From positions 1 through 64,000 of IMG/VR virus record IMGVR_UViG_3300029957_000007: 64,000 bases of DNA; one strand, written 5' to 3'. Numbering within the stretch: position 1 is the first letter of the stretch; each line of letters starts with the position of its first letter. Of this stretch, positions 55,963 through 64,000 are shown one piece after another. The DNA is from a virus. The position numbers and the translations under genes were made by a program. The notes under the pieces are model-generated. The model did not search any database, had not been told where the DNA came from, and saw only the letters and a list, made by a program, of their open reading frames with translations.

Positions 55963-56187
55963 ATGGTTAAGATTGGTGATCACGTAGTGTACATCGATCC
56001 TACTCGAATCGAGCGACAAGCATTGGTGACTGCAGTGTTCAGTCAAGACTGCATCAACATCATGTTTGCATCTGCTGATGAGAACAAGCAGGATTCGTAC
56101 GGACGGCAACTTGAACGTGCAACATCGCTGCCACGTGAAGGCGCTTGGAACAATGGCGCTGGTAATTGCTGGAGAGAAGTGCAGTAA
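55963..56187 (+). CDS. small SH3-like hypothetical protein
   Basis: GGAGGTG SD; KIGDHVVY...ALVTAV. Confidence 0.7.
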   Translation: MVKIGDHVVYIDPTRIERQALVTAVFSQDCINIMFASADENKQDSYGRQLERATSLPREGAWNNGAGNCWREVQ

Positions 56188-56249
56188 CGACTCAACGCCG
56201 GTCTTGGAACCGATGAGGAACCTACAATGGACCGGTAATCAATGGGCAT

Positions 56250-56323
56250 CGGGATGTAGCGGAGTGGTACCGCACCTGCTTTGGGAGCAGGGGATCGTGA
56301 GTTCGAACCTCACCATCCCGACC
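56250..56323 (+). tRNA. tRNA-Pro (anticodon TGG), CCA encoded
   Basis: Cloverleaf: CGGGATG / CATCCCG, D-arm GCGG / CCGC, anticodon stem CCTGC / GCAGG with loop TTTGGGA, T-arm GTGAG-TTCGAAC-CTCAC, ACCA. Confidence 0.95.
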
Positions 56324-56340
56324 AATCGACGGAGAAAGCT

Positions 56341-56655
56341 ATGCAGTGTCCTATCTGCACGAAAGAGATGAAGCACATCGAGACACAGAAACTGGTCGAA
56401 CGAACACGTGAGATCTTTGGACGTGAATCGGAGTCGAGAGAAGAGAAACATTTCTGCACTGACTGCGGTGTAGGTGTTACCGCTCTACTGACCATATCAC
56501 GGCCATTGCTGAATGCTGCTCGAACCCCACAGGTGGTTCCTCAGGACGGCCACCGGTCGAAGACGATTGATCCATTACCACATCAAGAGACACACGCCGT
56601 AGGCCAAAGGCGGCTTGGTCAACCAAAGGATCCTACTGATCCAATGCGGACGTAA
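56341..56655 (+). CDS. Zn-ribbon hypothetical protein
   Basis: GGAG SD; CPIC...CTDCG. Confidence 0.6.
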   Translation: MQCPICTKEMKHIETQKLVERTREIFGRESESREEKHFCTDCGVGVTALLTISRPLLNAARTPQVVPQDGHRSKTIDPLPHQETHAVGQRRLGQPKDPTDPMRT

Positions 56656-56689
56656 AAAGAAACTGCTCTCCCTTTCGGGAGAGCAGTTT
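56654..56689 (-). terminator. Rho-independent (probably bidirectional) terminator
   Basis: 13-bp perfect stem aaactgctctccc / gggagagcagttt; GAAA loop and T-run on the - strand, downstream of the 56716-56988 gene. Confidence 0.85.
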
Positions 56690-56715
56690 AACAGGGAGGA
56701 AGTCGTTGTGGTGGG

Positions 56716-56988
56716 CTAGATCTTCACGGCCTTCGCAGCCTGCTCGAAGGAGGCCTTGATGGCGTTGAGCGCCTTCACAGCGTCCTTGTCGTCCTTGACC
56801 TTGGCGATCTCCTTGTCGATCTTCGCAGCGTTCTTCGCCAGCCGCTTGCTCAGCCGATCGCTGATGCCGTTGAACCAGGCAACTCGGCCCTGACCGAAGG
56901 ACTTGCGCTCCTTCTTCGGAGCCTTGACCTTCTTCTCGGCCTTGGAAGCGGTGGCCTTCTTAGCGGTCTTCTTGTCGGCGTTCTTCAT
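56716..56988 (-). CDS. small Lys/Ala-rich (histone H1-like N-terminus) protein, paralog of the 7235-8200 C-terminal domain
   Basis: Only convincing - strand gene; GAGG SD; MKNADKKTAKKATASKAEKKVKAPKK...RLSKRLAKNAAKI..EIAKVKDDK. Confidence 0.85.
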   Translation of the reverse strand: MKNADKKTAKKATASKAEKKVKAPKKERKSFGQGRVAWFNGISDRLSKRLAKNAAKIDKEIAKVKDDKDAVKALNAIKASFEQAAKAVKI

Positions 56989-57160
56989 GGTGAACCTCGT
57001 GAATGAGTGAGCCATTGTGGCTCTGAGCGAACTGGCTGATCCAGTAGGCTCACTGCCAGTTTACTACAATGCGGTAAACGTGTATACAGAAAAGTGCGGT
57101 AAACCTCAACAAGGAAAACGTATAGCTTGTAATGGCTTTCCAGCACAAGCAGAAATAAGT

Positions 57161-57247
57161 GGAAGGGTGGCTGAGTGGTTGAAAGCACCTGACTTGAAAT
57201 CAGGCGATCCAGCAATGGATCCGTGAGTTCGAATCTCACCTCTTCCT
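57161..57247 (+). tRNA. tRNA-Ser (anticodon TGA), long variable arm, CCA not encoded
   Basis: GGAAGGG / CTCTTCC, anticodon stem CCTGA / TCAGG with loop CTTGAAA, variable arm GATCCA-GCAA-TGGATC, GTGAG-TTCGAAT-CTCAC. Confidence 0.92.
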
Positions 57248-57272
57248 AAGATGCAGAAAACTGGAGGCCGAC

Positions 57273-57644
57273 ATGAGCTACATCATGGTTGAGCCCGGAC
57301 ACGTTGGATACGAGTTGATGGTGGTCAAAGCGATCTACTACTCAAACTACGGTATCTTGAGAATCGATGGCCACTTCATCAACCGCATTCGTACACCACA
57401 ACGAGTGCTTGACATGATGAAGAAGAAGCGGATCAATCGCATTGGTCTCTTCTCACATGACGTGCTGGAGCTCGGTAAACTGAACAAGATCAAGAACAAA
57501 CCAGCGACCATGAATCAGTGGTTCAAAGATGTTTCGTCGGCCGAACGTTTCTTGAGACGCTGCAACATCACTGTGCCCATTGAGCAGCGTATCATCGAGG
57601 TGAAGGATGAAGAAGCCAGAAAAGCAAGAGAGATCAAATGGTGA
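57273..57644 (+). CDS. hypothetical protein
   Basis: GGAGG SD. Confidence 0.7.
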   Translation: MSYIMVEPGHVGYELMVVKAIYYSNYGILRIDGHFINRIRTPQRVLDMMKKKRINRIGLFSHDVLELGKLNKIKNKPATMNQWFKDVSSAERFLRRCNITVPIEQRIIEVKDEEARKAREIKW

Positions 57645-57650
57645 TGAGAC

Positions 57651-57866
57651 ATGATCACAGCCGCTGACGTGATGAACGCTGTCGATGCTGAGACGCTAAG
57701 CGCTGGCAAAGTACATGCTATCCCGTTTCAGAAGATCGTTGACCGCTGTGAAGTGATGAAAGACTCAGCCGACTTCGTGTTGCTTGGAAATATCCTCGAC
57801 GTCTTGTGCAGCACCAAAAAGCTGAAGCGGATCAATGGTAATCCGCCGATGTACATCAAGATCTAG
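57651..57866 (+). CDS. small hypothetical protein, possible winged helix
   Basis: 71 aa; helix-helix then LKRING.PP.YI. Confidence 0.6.
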   Translation: MITAADVMNAVDAETLSAGKVHAIPFQKIVDRCEVMKDSADFVLLGNILDVLCSTKKLKRINGNPPMYIKI

Positions 57867-57881
57867 CGGAGGAGAACCACC

Positions 57882-58052
57882 ATGTCTCTTGAAGAAGGCA
57901 AGGAGACCTTGGATTCAACGCTTGTTCAAGCGTTCCAAGGGATCTCAAGCTTTTCAGAAGAACTGGCGAAGTTTAAAGCTCAAGCATTGAGCCTCGCCTT
58001 ACCCATTGGAGAACGACATGAGAACCAAGCTTTGCATCGCCCTGCTCTTTAG
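57882..58052 (+). CDS. small hypothetical protein (56 aa)
   Basis: GGAGGAG SD; manual translation MSLEEGKETLDS... Confidence 0.5.
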   Translation: MSLEEGKETLDSTLVQAFQGISSFSEELAKFKAQALSLALPIGERHENQALHRPAL

Positions 58053-58413
58053 CACAGCATTGATCGGATGTGCTTCTGCCATGAAAGAAGGCAAGAAGCT
58101 GCCTGGTCAGTATGTCGCTTCTGAGAGCGATCTGAAGAAGGAACTCACTGCCAAACCTGTGTTGAGTGAGTCAAACACTTTTGTTGCTCAACCGGTTTAT
58201 ACCGTGGTCAAAGGTGACTGTTTGTGGAGAGTATCGGAAAAGGTGTACGGTGACCCTTTCCTATGGCCTTCACTCGCAATGAATATCTCAAGCGCTGACT
58301 GCATAGTTGCTGGTCAGCAGTTGTTCTACCTCAAAAGCCTTGGTACTGAGACGCAGCACTTTGTGCAAGAGGCGAAAGATCGGAAGCCATACACTTCCAA
58401 ACCATGTAAATAG
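58018..58413 (+). CDS. LysM-domain lipoprotein
   Basis: Signal peptide II with lipobox LIGC; [24 protein letters not shown]. Confidence 0.85.
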   Translation: MRTKLCIALLFSTALIGCASAMKEGKKLPGQYVASESDLKKELTAKPVLSESNTFVAQPVYTVVKGDCLWRVSEKVYGDPFLWPSLAMNISSADCIVAGQQLFYLKSLGTETQHFVQEAKDRKPYTSKPCK

Positions 58414-58424
58414 GAGGCACGGCA

Positions 58425-59774
58425 ATGCGCTTGCTCTTAGCACTTCTGCTCTCGCTATTCATTGGAGCTTCAGCGCATGCTGATACTCCTACTTCGACGA
58501 ACAGCCCATCACCAACGATCACACCAACTTCAACGATCACACCGTCACCTACGCCAGGTGCCATCGTTGCGTTCTATGCCGGAGACGTCGGTTGCCAGTT
58601 GTGCAACACGATTGGTTCAACGGCTTTGGTGCTGACGACATCCAACGGTGCCGTCCCACCAACAACCAGTCCCGCTGCACCAATTGGTTCTCAGAACTTG
58701 GGCACGAACTTCGCTGCATTGAACAGCTACTTCGTTGCACCAGCGGCTGTGATCACACAGAATGGCAGCATTGCGTTGTACTACTACGCTTATGCTCAAG
58801 TGCTACAGCCTTCTGTTGAAACGGTGTTGGAGGTTCGAGGCGTTTCAGTTGGCAACAACCTGACACTGGTCTACAACTACAGTCAGAAGAACATGCGGAT
58901 CTATTACAACGGCAAGCCAGGCGGTGCTGCTGTTTACATCGATTCGCCGTTGTTGAATACGTCTACTTGGAACATCGTGCAGATCAATCACAACGAGAAC
59001 GGCGTTGGGATCAGCATCAACGGAAGCCTCTACGCTACCAACTCAACAGTTTGGCAAACTGGAACTGTGAGCCAAGTGAACATCGGTGGTTCAGCTTCCT
59101 ACTTCCCGATGACGTCAACCAACATCATCGACTCAGTGTTGTTCAGCAATGAGATCAATGAGGGTTACCCACCTACCCTTGCGACTCCGACGAACACACC
59201 AACAATCACAAAGACAAGTACACCAACAGCTACGAACACGTTCACGTTCAGCCCAACAACTACACCAACACCTACGATCAGCAATACGTTCACGATCTCA
59301 CCGACGTTCTCTGCGACTTTGACGATCAGTCAAACGATCACGCCAACCAACACACCAACTGCGACACCGACGATCAGTCAGACAGCAACACCAACAGCGA
59401 CGCCTTCTTCAACGCCAACAGCTACACCAACACAGATTCCGAGCTACAGCAGCCTTTCGCTTGTGCAGGAATCTGCGATCTTGAACTTCCCAGGGACTGG
59501 GACGCAGTACAAGACGCACTTCTCACGTAACATCGTTCAAGTGATCAACGTGTACTTCAGAGATACGACGGTGGCTGGCTATCCGAACATTGGTTCGGAC
59601 TTGACAGTGGCTGGTCCAGTTGACTCGGTGGATGCATTCACCTACTCAACTCCACATCAAGTCGTGTCATGGGATACCAACAAAAACATGATCTTCAGTT
59701 CGAGCGGTGGAAGCGTGATGAACTCATCACACACGTACATCGTCACATTGCAGTACTTGACTGATAACCGCTAG
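58425..59774 (+). CDS. secreted protein with LamG/concanavalin-like domain and Thr/Pro-rich linkers
   Basis: Signal peptide; [19 protein letters not shown]...IGGS...IDSVLFSN; long TPTxTPT tract (~59180-59440). Confidence 0.7.
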   Translation: MRLLLALLLSLFIGASAHADTPTSTNSPSPTITPTSTITPSPTPGAIVAFYAGDVGCQLCNTIGSTALVLTTSNGAVPPTTSPAAPIGSQNLGTNFAALNSYFVAPAAVITQNGSIALYYYAYAQVLQPSVETVLEVRGVSVGNNLTLVYNYSQKNMRIYYNGKPGGAAVYIDSPLLNTSTWNIVQINHNENGVGISINGSLYATNSTVWQTGTVSQVNIGGSASYFPMTSTNIIDSVLFSNEINEGYPPTLATPTNTPTITKTSTPTATNTFTFSPTTTPTPTISNTFTISPTFSATLTISQTITPTNTPTATPTISQTATPTATPSSTPTATPTQIPSYSSLSLVQESAILNFPGTGTQYKTHFSRNIVQVINVYFRDTTVAGYPNIGSDLTVAGPVDSVDAFTYSTPHQVVSWDTNKNMIFSSSGGSVMNSSHTYIVTLQYLTDNR

Positions 59775-59783
59775 GAGGCTGAC

Positions 59784-59954
59784 ATGACACTCGTTCGCTA
59801 TGGCGTCAACAAAAGCGTGAAGAAGCCTGATCTTGCGTCAGATCTTCCTAGCACTGCTAAGAAGCACGTTGCTGAGGTCAAGCAAGCTGAACTGAAAGGA
59901 GATAAGCATGGCAAAGCCGCTGAACGACCTGCTGGCGAGCTTCGCAGAGGCTGA
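59784..59954 (+). CDS. small hypothetical protein (56 aa)
   Basis: AGGAGG SD; manual translation MTLVRYGVNKSVKKP... Confidence 0.5.
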   Translation: MTLVRYGVNKSVKKPDLASDLPSTAKKHVAEVKQAELKGDKHGKAAERPAGELRRG

Positions 59955-61680
59955 GCAAAAAGTCGCTGACATGGCTCCTTCGGTGAACATGCCTCAGAAC
60001 GATTCGCTGCAGAACACGACTGGGATTGAGGATCATGACGATCAAGATCCCAATCACAAGATCGAAGAGTTCCGCGAGGATGCGCAGGACGAACCAACCA
60101 ATCTTCGTCGTAACGACTTAGATGAAGAGATCAAGCTCCTCGAAGCAGCGATCAAGAAACTCGCCGCGTACGTCCTGCAGACGAACGACCCGGACGCATT
60201 CATGATCTATAGGACAATCAAGCGATTGCTCACAGACATGAAGCTGAAAGAAAAAGCGGCAGCTGTTGATCTCGAGCAAGGTCGCTACGATCATGAATCA
60301 CAAGAACGCTATGGCTCGAAGAAGTTTAAGCGAGTTGCTTTCTTCAAGCCTGGGACGATGATCGACTTCAAGCACAACGATGAGATCTGGACTGGAACTG
60401 TCATTGGTAATGATGGCGTCATGTTGTTGGTTGATCATCCGCCGACAGATGCCGCTGGGCCAATGAAGGTCGATCCGTACTCAGTTGTCGATCATGGTGA
60501 AGAGGATGACGAAGCAGAAGAGGTTCTTGAGTACAACAAGAGGCAGGAACTTTTGGATTGGCCTGACCGCGATCATTTGTACGTTGGGTCTCGTCACTTC
60601 AATGCTGAAGAACTGTCTGACCTCAATGGCGAAGCTCAAACAGATAAGACGAAGGCTCCACAGCCAGTTGATATGCGAGCCAACTCACAGCATACACCAA
60701 CTGATTCGAATCCAAAGGCTTCAATCGGCATGAAGCGAAAAGCTGACATCACAGACATGCAAGGACAAGACATCGATGTTCATGACGTTGTTGAGTGGGA
60801 AGGAAAACAAGTTGAAGTTGTTGATGTGATGGACAGTGGGAACATCATGATCTCATACGACGACAAGCTTGTTGGTGTGCACCCTCAAGAGACAGTGAAA
60901 GTCGGCTTCTACAAGAAGTCAGAGAAATTCGTCAAAGCTTCATTGGCCAAGCGATTGGCCTATGATATTGGCGATGGTGCTGACATCAAAGATAAGGTAG
61001 ATCAGTTCCGTAACAGCGAGAAGAACGGCTCAGTCAAGACGGCTGAAGAGACGTTCAAGCACGGTGAAGTCGTCACCGTCGATGGTGAGAAATTCAAGGT
61101 CGTTCAGCAAGATCAAAACGGCGATCTCGATCTCATGGCCATTGATGACGACACAGACGTCATTACCGTCAATCCAAGTGAAGTCATCAGATCAGCATCA
61201 AAGAGGATTGCAATGAAGCGAACTGCGAACGACAAGCTGATGAAGCATGTCGACTTTGACGACATTTCCTGCGGTGTGGAATGGCCGAAGGATACAATGC
61301 GTCAATACAGCGATGGCTTCAAACAGCACATGAAATGCGATTATGGCTACGTTCGCAATTCGCTTGGCGATGATGGCGAAGATCTTGATTGCTACATCGG
61401 CGATCCGCAAACGCAGAAAGTACATCGCATCGATCAGTTGGTTCCAGAAACTGGAGAACATGACGAGTACAAGTACATGCTTGGATTCCCAGACACCAAA
61501 GCTGCTGTCGGCATGTATCTGCAACACATGCCGCTCGAGCATTTTGGTGGGTGTGATGAACTGAGCATGGATCAATTCAGACACATCGCTCGAACTGGTG
61601 ATGAGGAACTGCAACAGTACCAAGAACCAGTGAAGGAAGGCGCTGAAGACATTTCCCACATGGAAGGCGAAGGAGCTTAG
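59908..61680 (+). CDS. polyvalent protein: SH3-like modules, KRxA linkers, C-terminal inorganic pyrophosphatase-like (InPase) domain
   Basis: CGVEWPKDTMR...MKCDYGYVRNSLGDDGEDLDCYIG...IDQ...TGEHDEYKYMLGF. Confidence 0.8.
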   Translation: MAKPLNDLLASFAEAEQKVADMAPSVNMPQNDSLQNTTGIEDHDDQDPNHKIEEFREDAQDEPTNLRRNDLDEEIKLLEAAIKKLAAYVLQTNDPDAFMIYRTIKRLLTDMKLKEKAAAVDLEQGRYDHESQERYGSKKFKRVAFFKPGTMIDFKHNDEIWTGTVIGNDGVMLLVDHPPTDAAGPMKVDPYSVVDHGEEDDEAEEVLEYNKRQELLDWPDRDHLYVGSRHFNAEELSDLNGEAQTDKTKAPQPVDMRANSQHTPTDSNPKASIGMKRKADITDMQGQDIDVHDVVEWEGKQVEVVDVMDSGNIMISYDDKLVGVHPQETVKVGFYKKSEKFVKASLAKRLAYDIGDGADIKDKVDQFRNSEKNGSVKTAEETFKHGEVVTVDGEKFKVVQQDQNGDLDLMAIDDDTDVITVNPSEVIRSASKRIAMKRTANDKLMKHVDFDDISCGVEWPKDTMRQYSDGFKQHMKCDYGYVRNSLGDDGEDLDCYIGDPQTQKVHRIDQLVPETGEHDEYKYMLGFPDTKAAVGMYLQHMPLEHFGGCDELSMDQFRHIARTGDEELQQYQEPVKEGAEDISHMEGEGA

Positions 61681-61681
61681 C

Positions 61682-62653
61682 ATGAAGCGCATTGAAGGTG
61701 AAGGTGGTGAAGGACAGAGTTCTCAATCTGTTCCTTATTCTTCTGAACATTGGAAAGAGCTGAAGGATCGTGGTCTCACTACCTCCACACCTTCGCCTTC
61801 GATGCGTCAAACTGACTACAAGCAAGTGAATGCAGGGGATAAGTTCACCAGCTTAATTGCTGGTGAACTTACCGTTGCTTCAGTCACTGGTGAGATCACA
61901 CACGTCGCTGACAAGAAAGGTCAGACGTTCATGGTCTCTACGGCGAGATTGAAAGAGCTCAAAGCCAAGCGTAGAAGCGTGAGCTTTAATATCGGTGTGA
62001 ATCACGGTATGGTCATGATCTCATCTGAAGACGATCGTGACTCAGACCTGTGGAGATCAATGTGCGAGATATTCAAACGCAATGGCTACACACCTGACAG
62101 CGGCTATACGATGTTCCAGAAGCTTGACACGAACATTGAAGACGAAACTGCAAAGCTGATCGCTGAGTTCGAGAAGGAAGGATACAAAGTTCATCAGGAT
62201 TCTAGCGGTGGATTGAACAGCACTTTCTACATCTACTTCGATTCTGAAGATGCTGAGAGAGCCGCATCAAAAAGGAAGATCGTTGCAGTAATGAAAGAAA
62301 AGACGAAGACGCTGGTCTTCGATTTCGATGGCACTATCACATCGGAAAATACCTTCCCTGAGATCGCCGATCCTAATGAAGAGATCGTTGCGTACATGGA
62401 AGAAGCGAAACAGCTTGGGTTTGAGATCATCATCCATAGCTGCCGAACATCGTCTGAGCTGAATGATCAGAGCACTGCTGCTGAGCAACTCAAAGCGATG
62501 ACTGACTACCTTGCACTGCACGATATTCCTTATGATGAGATCTGCACATCAGACAAGCCATTGGCCGTTGCTTACATCGACGACAAAGGCTGCAATGTGC
62601 TGGATGCGCAACGTCTTCGAAGCATCATTCATACTTCAAAGAGGATTCGATGA
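61682..62653 (+). CDS. modular protein with C-terminal HAD-superfamily phosphatase
   Basis: LVFDFDGTIT, IIHSCR, DKP.AVAYIDDK. Confidence 0.8.
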   Translation: MKRIEGEGGEGQSSQSVPYSSEHWKELKDRGLTTSTPSPSMRQTDYKQVNAGDKFTSLIAGELTVASVTGEITHVADKKGQTFMVSTARLKELKAKRRSVSFNIGVNHGMVMISSEDDRDSDLWRSMCEIFKRNGYTPDSGYTMFQKLDTNIEDETAKLIAEFEKEGYKVHQDSSGGLNSTFYIYFDSEDAERAASKRKIVAVMKEKTKTLVFDFDGTITSENTFPEIADPNEEIVAYMEEAKQLGFEIIIHSCRTSSELNDQSTAAEQLKAMTDYLALHDIPYDEICTSDKPLAVAYIDDKGCNVLDAQRLRSIIHTSKRIR

Positions 62654-64000
62654 GCAAGATCAAGACAACGGCTGATGCCGACAACTTCGATTTGACTGAA
62701 GGGATTTTGAACGACGCTCAAGTTGCTGCTTATGGCGAGCATGCGCCGAACAAGATCGATCAGCCGAATGATTTTGCTTCGCCAGGAGAAAAAGCTCCTG
62801 ATGGTTTCACAGCCTCAAGACGAGCTGCTGTGCGAACAAATGCCCCAGAAGAATTCAACAATGAAGATGAGCTGATCGACTACTTCACTGATGTCAATCG
62901 CACTGGCGATGCGTACATGGTGAGAGCGATCATTGATGGTGCCACCACCTACGTCAAGTACCAGCGGGATGGCAACGTCATCAAGCGTCAAGCCTCAAAG
63001 CGAACTGCTGAGTCCTATCGTGTCACGGTGGAAACTGAGAGCGGCACCGAAGAGAAGATCCGTATCCTCGATGCTACTTCAGAGGATGATGCGAAAGAAA
63101 AAGCAATGAAGCAATACAACAACTTAAAAGGTGTCATTAGCGTTGAGAAGGTAGCTTTTAAACGCACTGCTTCAGGCGACTACGAAGTTGGTGACATCTA
63201 CACCGATGTCAATGGCAACAAGTATACGATCAAGTCTTCAACAGAGGAATCGTCAGTTGCAGATGAGTATGATGAAGCCTTCTTCAAGGTGGAAGTCAAC
63301 CAAGCTGTTTTTTATGATGGTCCAAAAGTTGTTGACATGGAGATGAGTGAATCAGCGTTGGACGATCTTGGCTTGGTTCGAGTCGGTTCAAAGCGCACTG
63401 CTTCACGATACAAGGACTGGAATGGCAGAGAATTTGATGTGCTCAATGGCATCGAAGATGACGACACAGTCACCGTCAAGTACGTTGATGACGGCAGTGA
63501 ATCGAATGTCGATGCAAGGTCTCTCGCCAATTCGGTCAAAAAAGGAGACGTCGTGAAAGTCGCTTCAAAGCGCAAGGCTTCAATCGATAATGACGATGAG
63601 AGACAGAAATATCTTGCCTACATCAAGCATAACTTAGTCAGCTCACCGCCAAATGAGATCAAGAATGATCTGCGCAAAGATGGCCTCTCAGAAGAAGAGA
63701 TTAGCGGTCTCTTTGAAGAACTGAGAAACACTGTGACTGGTGCCAAAGGCATTCGTGTTGGCAAGCTTAAGCGCAAGGCGTCTTTTCAAGTTGGCGATCT
63801 TGTGAAGAACAAGATCGGTGAAGAAGGAAAAGTTGTTGAAGGTGATGAAGGCGATGGAATGGTTGGTGTTGATTTTGGTGGGCCAATTGAGCTTATCGAA
63901 GTCACCGACCTACAGGCGTGGAATCCTTCAGGAACCGAGAACGACGTTGACAGCTTCACGGAGAAGGGTACTTACGGTGTCAAGAGCAAGAACGCTCCAG
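62650..64000 (+). CDS. large modular protein with KRTAS linkers (3'-truncated; missing from ORF track)
   Basis: Manual translation from ATG 62650 (MSKIKTTADADNF...) shows no stop to the window end; linkers KRQASKRTAE, AFKRTAS, GSKRTAS, ASKRKAS, KRKAS. Confidence 0.85.
   Translation, partial: MSKIKTTADADNFDLTEGILNDAQVAAYGEHAPNKIDQPNDFASPGEKAPDGFTASRRAAVRTNAPEEFNNEDELIDYFTDVNRTGDAYMVRAIIDGATTYVKYQRDGNVIKRQASKRTAESYRVTVETESGTEEKIRILDATSEDDAKEKAMKQYNNLKGVISVEKVAFKRTASGDYEVGDIYTDVNGNKYTIKSSTEESSVADEYDEAFFKVEVNQAVFYDGPKVVDMEMSESALDDLGLVRVGSKRTASRYKDWNGREFDVLNGIEDDDTVTVKYVDDGSESNVDARSLANSVKKGDVVKVASKRKASIDNDDERQKYLAYIKHNLVSSPPNEIKNDLRKDGLSEEEISGLFEELRNTVTGAKGIRVGKLKRKASFQVGDLVKNKIGEEGKVVEGDEGDGMVGVDFGGPIELIEVTDLQAWNPSGTENDVDSFTEKGTYGVKSKNAP

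Noticed and set aside
57161-57247. tRNA with TGA anticodon as a stop suppressor or sign of genetic recoding
   Set aside because: A 5'-UGA-3' anticodon reads UCA (Ser); conserved genes (dnaE, recA, terL, sbcC) are intact in code 11 and all three stops are used
57909-57940. Strong hairpin ccttgga-ttc-aacgctt-gttc-aagcgtt-ccaagg
   Set aside because: Lies inside a small ORF with a good SD and has no T-run; no further support for a function

Overview
This window is a 64-kb piece of a large tailed dsDNA bacteriophage genome. It is read in standard code 11, almost every gene is on the + strand, and genes are tightly packed with ATGA/TGATG overlaps. Layout: (1-7 kb) small early genes including a DHH phosphoesterase, a pyrimidine-dimer glycosylase, a PC4-like protein and a sigma-70-type factor. 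(7-8 kb) A huge D/E/K low-complexity protein. (8.3-13.8 kb) A candidate DNA base-hypermodification cluster: dCMP-type thymidylate-synthase homolog, U32-family hydroxylase, dCMP deaminase, GT-B glycosyltransferase, dNMP kinase and UDG-like protein. (13.8-28.8 kb) Replication and recombination: DnaE, UvsY-like, gp32-like SSB, RecA, SpoVG-like, SbcD/SbcC, RecU-like. (29-41.5 kb) Packaging and head: TerL, portal, MuF-like and modular proteins with KRTA-type linkers. (41.5-59.8 kb) An accessory island with a Tad1-like anti-defence protein, a STAS protein, secreted Thr/Pro-linker proteins, a LysM lipoprotein, tRNA-Pro, tRNA-Ser and candidate structured RNAs. (59.9-64 kb) Polyvalent proteins carrying InPase and HAD domains. 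All family assignments come from motif recognition by eye; no database searches or folding programs were run. The strongest leads are the modification cluster, a pseudoknotted ~166-nt RNA at 53801-53966, the KRTA-linker protein family, and a paralogous acidic/basic protein pair.
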